From assembly GCF_003018255.1 (NCBI RefSeq), contig NZ_CP027440.1: a stretch of DNA of 64,000 nt; one strand, written 5' to 3'. The DNA is from Escherichia coli. GTDB taxonomy: Bacteria; Pseudomonadota; Gammaproteobacteria; Enterobacterales; Enterobacteriaceae. Each line of letters begins with the position of its first letter. Positions within the stretch are counted from its first letter, which is position 1. The notes under the pieces are model-generated. The model was given only the letters and a program-made list of their open reading frames with translations. It was not told the DNA's origin and did no database searches. Below, piece by piece: positions 45,398-55,362 of the stretch. A program made the position numbers and the translations under genes.

Positions 45398-46330
45398 CGA
45401 TACAACCTGATCCAGAAGTAATATAGAACGCCCGTCGCAAACTTGGGGAGTATGCAGAACATGGAATGCCTGAGAAGGATAACCACTCCAGTCAACGGCA
45501 ATGACGCACAACGTAAGGTCTCGGGGCTGAAACCGGGTAATATTATGAAAAATAGCCGGGATATCGCGGTGTAAAGCGTCATTGCCTGGCAGGCGATCGA
45601 TGGGCTTAATCTTGTTTTAACCTGAGCATTACCTGGCATATACCGTCCAATGCTGGTAAGGATGAGGGATGCGTCCCGACTAAGCGCAGCAGTGGCGTCA
45701 AGGATGGCATTCTGGCGGTACTGATGAAATGGAGTCAAATCATCACGGAAAAACTTTTGGCATGATGAGCGAACGGGCATAGAGGTGATCTCCTGAATTG
45801 TTAGCACAACCAGTCGACCACAAAACTCTATGCCCGTCTTTTTTACCCGCCTATTACTGAGGATTTCTCCGTACCATTACCGGCATTTGTTATCTTTCAT
45901 TGCTACATACGTCATCCCCCAACAAAGCAATGCTTTATAATATTATCGTAATGTCTTATTTTTTATTATTGCGATGGCTTTCTGAACATTTTATAGTGTT
46001 AGGTGTAAATCATTTATATTGATTCACGATAGGAGGATATGGACACCACACTTATTTTATGTCACTCAAGAAACACTTAAAATTCGTTGCACGTGTTATT
46101 ATTCTATTAAATAATTGCACATAATAGATTTTTTCTATTATGTAATAAAATAAAACACTATTAGATACTAGATATGCTAATGGTTTTATACTCTAAATAA
46201 TTCGAGTTACAGGTAGTGTATAAGTGAGTTCCCAAGAGCTTGCATAAGTAAGTGACTGAGGGAGCGTAAGTGCAGTACATGCAACTTGTTGCATGACAAA
46301 TATATTATCTATTAACAATAAGAGGTTATA

Positions 46331-46693
46331 ATGAAGAAATATATTTTAGTATCTCTGATGGGATTAAGTTTGAACGCATTTGCGGGTGGCAGCGGCTGGA
46401 ACCCAGACAGGGTAGACCCGAGCCGTTGTGTTATGGCGACGGGGTCAGGTCCTACCTCTGCGGGTTATATGGTATACCGAACGACTGACTCAGTGTGTAT
46501 GCAGGGTATAAATGAAGGAAAAGTGAAAGGTGTCCATATTTATGATGGGCATCATGAGTTCAATGATGGTACTGTTGACACGTTTAGCGGTAATGTTACC
46601 CCAATATCACCTTTGACATTAAAAACTGATGTTCAAAAAGTTAATAAAGTTGGCATCAAACGCTGGTGGTATAAAGCTAGCTGGATTAAATAA
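46331..46693 (+). CDS. small secreted protein, candidate cargo of the adjacent Aat-like system (dispersin/CexE-like; predicted mature N-terminus Gly-Gly-Ser-Gly)
   Basis: 120-aa ORF with RBS aagagg, signal peptide MKKYILVSLMGLSLNAFA and predicted signal peptidase I site AFA|GGSG; immediately upstream of the PABCD-like operon. Confidence 0.7.
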   Translation: MKKYILVSLMGLSLNAFAGGSGWNPDRVDPSRCVMATGSGPTSAGYMVYRTTDSVCMQGINEGKVKGVHIYDGHHEFNDGTVDTFSGNVTPISPLTLKTDVQKVNKVGIKRWWYKASWIK

Positions 46694-46732
46694 AAAATAC
46701 CTTGCCAAACGTTAATAAATAACTTAAACACA

Positions 46733-46768
46733 TCGAATGCGAATCTTTGCATTCGGTGTATTTTTTTC
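46733..46768 (+). terminator. intrinsic terminator/attenuator between cargo gene and transporter operon
   Basis: Hairpin cgaatgcgaatctttgcattcg followed by tgtattttttt. Confidence 0.65.
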
Positions 46769-46774
46769 AAAAAA

Positions 46775-47902
46775 ATGATTGTTTTTTTTTACATTAAAGA
46801 TGCTTTGCAAAATATTGCTGAAAATAAAAAGCAAATTTTCACATTTGTGATTTTTTTAACACTTAGTTTCATCGGTATAACAATTACTGATTCGTTGATT
46901 TTTAGTGTTTCAAAAAAAGCAGAAGAAGAGCTCAAAACTTATGGTGACAATGTTATTTCTATTGACATCTATAATCAAAAAAATATTAATGAGGTAATGC
47001 AAGTATTATCTCCTATATATAAATCATTATCATACTCAAAAACTTATATATTCAATGGCGGTCAAACACCTTACGATGACAAACCTTTATCAGTGACAGG
47101 TATTGATGCGCTAGGTTTATCCATAAATAAAATAACCACCAATAACATGGAATTTAATGGAGATGTTGCTATTGTTAGTGAGGATAGTCCATATTTACAC
47201 AATGGGATTGTTTTCCTTAATGGGATACCGTTTAAAATTATTGGCGTAATTCCAAAAATGAAAATGGACTTCCTGGACAGTCTTGGGTTATCGAAATATC
47301 AGAGCAACAATCAGCTCTTTGTCCCCTTAAGTACATTATTCAGATTCAAGCTAAGCAGTAATATTGACAATGTTAAGATAGTGTTAAGTGATAAAGTTGG
47401 CGAAAATGATATTAACACAACAAAAAAAACGCTTGGTGAGGAAAAAATACCAGAATACAATATTATAACAGCTCTTGATGTAAGAACCACCGTCGACAAA
47501 GTGTTGAATAGATTCTCCATATTAACAAACACTATATATATAATGTTGACATTGTTTGCTGCGGTTATATGCATTGTGTTGTGTAAACGAACATTTTCTT
47601 CCCGAAGCACAGAATTTGCACTAAAAATTATCCACGGTATAAAACAAAACTCGATAATTCTCGTTGTCATCATAGAATCAATGATTACATTAGTAATTTG
47701 TTTATTCAACTCATTGGTCGCTTCTTATTTTATTATGTTATGGATGTCTCAAATGCTATCTACAGATATTAAAATAAGAGTTGTAATGATTTCATTATCG
47801 TTAAGTGGCGTGCTGTTAATTTTTCTGTGTTCGAATATATTTTTTGGAAAATTGTTTTTCAGAATAAACCCTATATATTTAATTAAAGGTCGCCAGCAAT
47901 GA
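46775..47902 (+). CDS. ABC transporter permease, FtsX/MacB-like (AatP-like)
   Basis: 375-aa ORF: N-terminal TM helix, large extracytoplasmic domain, C-terminal cluster of TM helices; stop overlaps next gene start (ATGA). Confidence 0.75.
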   Translation: MIVFFYIKDALQNIAENKKQIFTFVIFLTLSFIGITITDSLIFSVSKKAEEELKTYGDNVISIDIYNQKNINEVMQVLSPIYKSLSYSKTYIFNGGQTPYDDKPLSVTGIDALGLSINKITTNNMEFNGDVAIVSEDSPYLHNGIVFLNGIPFKIIGVIPKMKMDFLDSLGLSKYQSNNQLFVPLSTLFRFKLSSNIDNVKIVLSDKVGENDINTTKKTLGEEKIPEYNIITALDVRTTVDKVLNRFSILTNTIYIMLTLFAAVICIVLCKRTFSSRSTEFALKIIHGIKQNSIILVVIIESMITLVICLFNSLVASYFIMLWMSQMLSTDIKIRVVMISLSLSGVLLIFLCSNIFFGKLFFRINPIYLIKGRQQ

Positions 47903-49113
47903 GATTTTTATCAAAGTCTGTTGTTCTGTTTTTTTGTGTTTATATGGTAACTCCATATGCCAAATCTCAGGAATGCATTATGGATGATTACTTCAATAAG
48001 ACTAATATTTTTTCTTCTTATATTCTGGAACAAGAGCATAATAAGAACGAAGAATCTAATAATGTTGCCTCACTTTTACCAAGTATGTCTATTGGTTTGG
48101 GGCAGTATATTAATAATAATAAGAGATTGTCTACTTTCGGGGATAGTGATATATATTTCTCTCTTTCACAGGATATATTTTCTGCATATAAATATAAAAA
48201 TAATAAAGATAAATTAGCCATCCAAAATAACCTGCAAAATTTAGAGTTGCAGAGAAAAAGATATGAGTATTTGTTGGGTTTTTACTATAGCAGCATTAAT
48301 TATACATATCAACTTGAACAAATTCAGTTAACTAAAAAACAAATCCAAAAACTAGAGACAGATTACAATATATCTAAAGAATTATTTAAGATGGGTAAAG
48401 CACCTTATCTTGACACGGAAATAAAAGGAAATAATCTAGATAAAATGAGAAATACACTTAATGAAGTGGAACTGGAAAGGCAGTATTCTCTAATGAAGAT
48501 TAAAAGTGATTATTCTGTCCCAGAAGAATTGTTGCACAAAGTAACAATTGAAGATATAAAAGCGTGTAAAAGATCAAGTATTATAGAATTAGTCAAAAAT
48601 ATTTATAAAAAAAAGAATGAGTCAGTCGATATTGATAACAAAATTAGTGAGTCATCACTCTTACCATCGTTATATTTCTCTGTAGGTTTAACTCCTAAAA
48701 ATGGTGGGACATTGAGCGATATCAGCCTTAGAGAAATGGATTATAACGCTAGTATTAGTGTGAATGTGCCGTTGAGCGATTTTTTTTCATCATTCAACAG
48801 TAAAAAAACAAATGCAATTAATTCAATGAAAAACAATATTGATAACCTTAATGATTTTAGAGAGCTTGAGTTGTTACGTTTTGATATCAATAACAAACTT
48901 CATATCATAAAGAATAAAATTCCGATTCTTAAAAATAATTTATATATAAAAAACAAAGAACTAAACTATATTTCTGAAAGAGTAAAAAATAAGAAAGAAA
49001 GTGTACTTACGTATTACTCACTACAGGATGATATTTATGAAATTGAGCTTAATATCAAAAGAAATGAAAATGAACTTATGTATTATGAACTTTATCTTGA
49101 TTTTCTTGGTTAG
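47899..49113 (+). CDS. outer-membrane efflux protein, TolC-like (AatA-like)
   Basis: 404-aa ORF with signal peptide MRFLSKSVVLFFCVYMVTPYAKSQ and coiled-coil-rich sequence; operon position. Confidence 0.6.
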   Translation: MRFLSKSVVLFFCVYMVTPYAKSQECIMDDYFNKTNIFSSYILEQEHNKNEESNNVASLLPSMSIGLGQYINNNKRLSTFGDSDIYFSLSQDIFSAYKYKNNKDKLAIQNNLQNLELQRKRYEYLLGFYYSSINYTYQLEQIQLTKKQIQKLETDYNISKELFKMGKAPYLDTEIKGNNLDKMRNTLNEVELERQYSLMKIKSDYSVPEELLHKVTIEDIKACKRSSIIELVKNIYKKKNESVDIDNKISESSLLPSLYFSVGLTPKNGGTLSDISLREMDYNASISVNVPLSDFFSSFNSKKTNAINSMKNNIDNLNDFRELELLRFDINNKLHIIKNKIPILKNNLYIKNKELNYISERVKNKKESVLTYYSLQDDIYEIELNIKRNENELMYYELYLDFLG

Positions 49114-49849
49114 TTTTTTTTCTCCACAAGCCTTTTGTGATGTTTACTATGGCGTCTTACATGGGAATAAAATCATGCATTTTAAGAGCCCATACTCTGG
49201 AATTGTGAAATTATCGGATATGGAAGAAGGCGAAATAAAACAGAACGTCACATTATTTGATGTGTTGAATTATGAGTATAATTCCAAGATTCTTTTAATT
49301 GAAAAAAAACTACAGGCTGAATGTAAAAAAAAACGTAGACTTCATAATGACTATAAAGAGAGTAAGCATTCCTATGAGTTGGGATATATATCCAAAGATG
49401 AATTACTTGACATAGAAGATAAAATAAATGATTCGAACATGGCTATTATAAATCAGAATATAGAGAGAAATAATATTACTAATATATTAAAACTTGCAAA
49501 ACCGTTGGTATCATCGCCTTTTATCATAAGGAATATTGCTGTAAGCAATGGGCAATATGTCAATTCAGGAGACGATATCGTAGATATTGAACTTCTGGAT
49601 AAGTTTTTCATTGATGTTAAAATTGATCCTGTGTCTGAACAAGGAAATATCAAAGAAAAAAAGATAAGATATCACTCTTTGGTCAATGGATTATCCGGTT
49701 TAGCATCTGTAGTCCGCATCACCCGTACCTTCGAAAATGGCCAGGATGATAAAAGTTCTGGTTTGAGGGTTGTAACATTGGCCATTGATGGTGATCATAA
49801 AAAACTCGCTGAATTACTCGATACTGCTTTTGAGATTGAAATAAAGTGA
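49064..49849 (+). CDS. periplasmic adaptor/membrane-fusion-like protein (AatB-like); start uncertain (alternatives 49001, 49037, 49070)
   Basis: ORF 49001..49849 overlaps preceding gene; N-terminal hydrophobic segment MKMNLCIMNFILIFLVSFF; stop overlaps GTG start of the ATPase gene. Confidence 0.55.
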   Translation: MKMNLCIMNFILIFLVSFFSPQAFCDVYYGVLHGNKIMHFKSPYSGIVKLSDMEEGEIKQNVTLFDVLNYEYNSKILLIEKKLQAECKKKRRLHNDYKESKHSYELGYISKDELLDIEDKINDSNMAIINQNIERNNITNILKLAKPLVSSPFIIRNIAVSNGQYVNSGDDIVDIELLDKFFIDVKIDPVSEQGNIKEKKIRYHSLVNGLSGLASVVRITRTFENGQDDKSSGLRVVTLAIDGDHKKLAELLDTAFEIEIK

Positions 49850-50475
49850 TTAAATTAGATATTTATGAAAAACAGTTCAAGGATAAAAAAATCCTTAGTT
49901 CTATATCTGTTAATGTTGAAAAAGGTTCATTTCATGTTATTACAGGGCCTTCCGGGGTCGGAAAGAGTTCACTGTTAAACATACTTGGTTTGTTGGATAG
50001 TGAATTTGATGGGAATTATGAGTTTTGTGGTAAAAATATTAATCCGAAGGATTACAATAAAACTTCTCGTATAAGGAAGGAGTATTTTGGTTTTATATTT
50101 CAAGATTCTCTCATTAATGAAAAACAAAGTGTACTACGTAACATTCTATGCTCCGTAGATTATCCTTATTTAAAATTCGCAGAGAAAAATGCGCATACCA
50201 TGCTTGAAATCGTTGGACTCCCTATGCCTGATATGAAGGTTGTGAACCTTTCAGGGGGAGAAAAACAGCGTCTTGCTCTTGCAAGAGCTTTAATAAAAAA
50301 ACCTAAAATTCTTTTGGCCGATGAACCCACCGCGAGTCTGGATAAAAATAATAAAAGGATTATTATGAATATTTTATCCGAATATAATAAAGATGGTGGA
50401 AGTGTCGTCATGGTGACACATGATCTTGAACTAATCACAAGCGACATGAGTTTAATTAAATTAGAGAACAACTAG
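49846..50475 (+). CDS. ABC transporter ATP-binding protein (AatC-like)
   Basis: 209-aa ORF with Walker A GPSGVGKSS, ABC signature LSGGEKQRLALARAL, Walker B ILLADEPTASLD. Confidence 0.85.
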   Translation: MIKLDIYEKQFKDKKILSSISVNVEKGSFHVITGPSGVGKSSLLNILGLLDSEFDGNYEFCGKNINPKDYNKTSRIRKEYFGFIFQDSLINEKQSVLRNILCSVDYPYLKFAEKNAHTMLEIVGLPMPDMKVVNLSGGEKQRLALARALIKKPKILLADEPTASLDKNNKRIIMNILSEYNKDGGSVVMVTHDLELITSDMSLIKLENN

Positions 50476-50483
50476 CCAACAAG

Positions 50484-51704
50484 ATGTTTTTGCATATTTT
50501 ATTATTTATCTTCATGCTTTGTTATTATCTGATTTCTAAAGGTAATATTAAGTTATTTTTATTTTTCGTATTAATATATTCTTTTGGCTTGTCATTTGAA
50601 ATGGTTAATGAATATTTTTTTTCGTTAACTCCAACAGTTCATTTCAATTCGATTATTTTATTATATGTTGCTTTATGTAATATCCTGATATTTACCCTAT
50701 ATTACAAGTTATCAAAGAACGGTATTTGGGGATGTGCGATATACGCCGCTGCGATTACCGCTATTTCAGCGATAAAAATATCAATCCCATTAAACCCAAT
50801 AATATTATATTATAAATACAACCTATTTATTCTACCGCAAACAAATTCTCCCTTGCTTAATCTGTATGTTATAAATTTATTACCAGCATTATTTTTTTGT
50901 TGTGATTTTAAAAAAATAATGCTGGTAATTCTATGCTATTTGGCTATGATATTACCCTGTCGCATGCTAATTTCAGATAAAATACCAAAGAGTAATATCG
51001 CTGTTATTCAAGTTGGTCTTTATTATAAAAATGGAGGGACACCTGAAAGGTTTTATAATGACATGGCGAAATTTATAAAAGAAAACAGTGTTGACCTTAT
51101 TGTTTTTTCTGAGAATGTTTACTTTGGTTATAAAAATGAAGTTATTAAAAAAAATACGGATGATTTGTTACTAAAGATTAAAACTGATTCAACACTTAAG
51201 CAAAAAGCATTTTTATTTAATTTTTTTGGATACAAAAAGTTTAATAATGTTATATCCATGTTCTTGCATGTGGATAATTCGCAATTACATCAGAAAACAG
51301 CATTAATTCCTTTTATAGAAAAAAGAGGCGTATTCAATGCTCCAGAAAAGCTTTCATCAGAATATCTAAATATCGATAAAAAAATAAAAAATAATAATAC
51401 ATTTAAGCTTCATGGCTTAAGTTATAGCATATATATATGCTATGAAGCACTGTTTCCTGAAAAATATGTACACAACGGGGTCGTAATAACACAATCTGAT
51501 TACATAAGACTTAATAACGGTAGGGGATATAAGACTACATTGGTTAACGGTAGCTTACTTGCAAAGTTTTCCGTTGCACCAAACACCAAGTTAATAAATG
51601 TCCAGAATTATGGTGGAACTATTGTTTTTAATAATGATTGGGAAATTGACTGGGATATTTATAACAAATCCAAAAAAGAACATTTTTTTGTGGTTACTTT
51701 ATAA
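50484..51704 (+). CDS. apolipoprotein N-acyltransferase (Lnt)-like membrane acyltransferase (AatD-like)
   Basis: 406-aa ORF: polytopic N-terminus plus C-terminal nitrilase/CN-hydrolase-like domain with candidate E-K-C triad contexts (LIVFSENVY, KTALIPFIEKRG, ICYEALFPE). Confidence 0.75.
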   Translation: MFLHILLFIFMLCYYLISKGNIKLFLFFVLIYSFGLSFEMVNEYFFSLTPTVHFNSIILLYVALCNILIFTLYYKLSKNGIWGCAIYAAAITAISAIKISIPLNPIILYYKYNLFILPQTNSPLLNLYVINLLPALFFCCDFKKIMLVILCYLAMILPCRMLISDKIPKSNIAVIQVGLYYKNGGTPERFYNDMAKFIKENSVDLIVFSENVYFGYKNEVIKKNTDDLLLKIKTDSTLKQKAFLFNFFGYKKFNNVISMFLHVDNSQLHQKTALIPFIEKRGVFNAPEKLSSEYLNIDKKIKNNNTFKLHGLSYSIYICYEALFPEKYVHNGVVITQSDYIRLNNGRGYKTTLVNGSLLAKFSVAPNTKLINVQNYGGTIVFNNDWEIDWDIYNKSKKEHFFVVTL

Positions 51705-51851
51705 TACAGCGAGGGAGTGTTGTTGAAATTTTTATGAGCTATTTACGCGCCCACATATTATTCAAGTCTTGCATATATATGCTGAGTAGTTAAATTCCCC
51801 TGTGCTATGCCAGTTACTCCATTCGCTTCTAAGTAGCTGATCCTAATACCG

Positions 51852-52687
51852 CTACACTTTAGCCAGCCCATGCTTTCCACCGGGGAATGGGCTGACGGTA
51901 TCCATAAAGTGACGAACCTTTTTCAACAGTTGCCACATTGAACGGCACTGGTGATTTCGGGTTATTGTTTCATGAAGCGCCTGCCACAACCGTTCGACAT
52001 GATTGACCCATGGCGAGTAAATTGGCTGATAAATCACCCTGAACTTTGGGTTTGCTTTCAGCCAGCGCAACGTTTCACAGCTTTTGTGGGTGATGTAGTT
52101 ATCGACAATGAGCGTAATCTTTTTTGCCCGTCAGTATGTCTCCTTCAGATGTTTTAACAGCCTGATAAATAAGGATGAACCTTTACTGTTTCCACCCACG
52201 TAGCTGACTTTGCCCGTACCACTGTGCAGCGCACCGGCAAGATAGTACTTTTCATTCCGGCCCGGCGTAACAACGCGCTTTTGCTGCCCGCGTAACTGCC
52301 AGTCTGCGCCGATTTTGGGATTGAGGTGGATCTCCACTTCATCTTCGTAAAACACAGGGTGTTCTATGCTACAACTGACTAACGCTACATTAATCGCTGC
52401 CATTTTTTCTTCCTTATTCGGGCCCCGGATACGCAGTGTTGGTGCTGCTCTGCGCCATACCAGTTCGGCTGCAGGTAACCATCGCCGGGAGAATGCTTAA
52501 CAAGCTCACGCAGCAATGCGCAAATATGCTCGAACGGCCAGCGCCTCTCACGTCCTGACGGCAATGACTTCAGGCCTTCAACACCCGACAGCGTGAACCA
52601 GTTAATCCAGCGACCAATCGATGAGCGAGCACAGCAGAGTGTTCTGGCAGCATGACTGACGGTGTCACCACGATGCAGCATCAGCAT
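51852..52687 (-). pseudogene. IS630-family transposase, disrupted into three reading-frame fragments
   Basis: Minus-strand ORFs 52385..52687 (HTH-like N-terminus), 52131..52403 and 51852..52070 (C-terminus ...YSPWVNHVERLWQAL...) in different frames. Confidence 0.75.
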
Positions 52688-52883
52688 GGCTGTGAGCCGC
52701 CGGGCGTGGTTTTTTGTCCTTTGTTTTATGGATCGTTTTCTGGATCAGGCGTCGTTCAGTTCTGGGTATTGGTGCTATGATCGGCACTGCTCCGTCCGGT
52801 TGGTGATTTGGGATATTCAGCGATTGATCAGATCGCATAATCGACTCTGTAACAACCTGAACGGTGTCGGGGTGGTAACATAG

Positions 52884-53045
<162 letters not shown>

Positions 53046-53130
53046 TAACGTTCTTAGCGTAAAACGGTGGTCAATATTACTTGACTACTACAAGCAATGG
53101 TTGCTGGCTAACCACAGTAAGGGTTATCCA

Positions 53131-53751
53131 TTAATCGTGTTGACAAAGCGTTATGAGTTGTTTTCCTCTTATCTGCCATTGCACAGCAAATATCTCGTTC
53201 TCCCAACAAATAATGATCCGCTGTTTATTCCAGTTCACTATCTGATAATCCAGAAAACCTTGATCTGTCTGTAACTTGCTTGCCTTAAACGCACTCTCTT
53301 TCGCTGAAAACGCCAGTGTAAGCACCACAGAAAAGGGTAAATTGCTGACCACAAGCAGCTCGTATTCTGCTGGTGTCATAATGCTGTCTTTCAACTCTTC
53401 CGCTGCTTGTGCAGAGAAGATCTCTTCGATATCAATACCCGTTGGTTGATGGGATACCACCGCTAATGCCGTAGCCTGGCAGTGACTAATACTGCCGTAT
53501 AACCCGGCAGGCCAAAGTGGCTGGCGACGTTCACCGACAGGGGGGGCGTACTTAAAGCCAAATTCCCGTAAAGCATGAACAGCAGCAATCCGTCCGGCTA
53601 AATGTTCGGCTTTGCGTTTCCGTCCGGCATGTTGCAGTTGCGCATAATGCGGCAGCCAGAGTAAATCCTGTTCGTGAAAACTTGCTGGATCGAACTCAAC
53701 AAAATGCAGCGTATGTCCGGCAAAGGGGAGGGAGGTATGCGTAGTTTTCAT
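53131..53751 (-). CDS. entD: phosphopantetheinyl transferase for enterobactin synthesis
   Basis: ORF 53131..53829; start placed at MKTTHTSLPFAGHTLHFVEFDP... giving 206 aa. Confidence 0.9.
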   Translation of the reverse strand: MKTTHTSLPFAGHTLHFVEFDPASFHEQDLLWLPHYAQLQHAGRKRKAEHLAGRIAAVHALREFGFKYAPPVGERRQPLWPAGLYGSISHCQATALAVVSHQPTGIDIEEIFSAQAAEELKDSIMTPAEYELLVVSNLPFSVVLTLAFSAKESAFKASKLQTDQGFLDYQIVNWNKQRIIICWENEIFAVQWQIRGKQLITLCQHD

Positions 53752-53780
53752 ATCGACCATATTAGAGACTGATGACAAAC

Positions 53781-53872
53781 GCAAAACTGCCTGATGCGCT
53801 ACGCTTATCAGGCCTACACTATCCTGCAATATATTGAATTGGCAAGATTTTTGTAGGCCGGATAAGGCGTTC
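53781..53872. repeat. REP palindromic units between entD and fepA; the last unit is interrupted by the IS
   Basis: gcctgatgcgctacgcttatcaggcctac ... gtaggccggataaggcgttc ends at the IS left end; the matching gccgcatccggc half is found at 55312-55323 after the IS right end. Confidence 0.75.
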
Positions 53873-54780
<908 letters not shown>

Positions 54781-55362
54781 TCCAGGAGATGCTCCTGCAT
54801 GGCTTTCAGATATGCATTTTCTGCGCGAAGATAACGCAGCTCATTCTTCATCTCTTCCGGCGTCATGTTTGCCTCGTTTTCATGGGTATCATCAGAACGG
54901 GTCATGCTTTTCTCCTTCCTGCGCCTGATAAAGGCCTCATTACCAGATTTGCGGTAGCCTTTTATCCAGTTTTTAACCATGTTGTGGCTGGGAATGTTAA
55001 ACCGGGCAGCTACCCGGGGTAGAGACTCAGAATGCCCGAGAGCATAAAGAACCACGCAAAGTTTATCTTCAGGAGAATAGCTACGCTTGTGTCTGCAATC
55101 CAGTGCCCGAGGACCGTGAAGAAGAAAAAGATTAATCCAGTGTGAGAGGCTGGTGTGAGAAAGTTGAAAGAGTTTTGCCGTAGAAATGATGCCTGCATGA
55201 CCAGCCAGGTAATGATTTACAGCGGCAAGTTTTACTTCAAATGAATGTTTCATAAACTGCACCTTCAGATGTCAGATTATGTCCAACATTTGGGGTGCAG
55301 TTCAGTTTCACGCCGCATCCGGCATGAATTACGCGCACTTTGTCAACAATCTGACGTTAGCA

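Noticed and set aside
45082-45807. 241-aa minus-strand ORF overlapping the hokE remnant
   Set aside because: Low-complexity translation with no recognisable domain, overlapping the Hok start on the opposite strand; more likely non-coding junction DNA.
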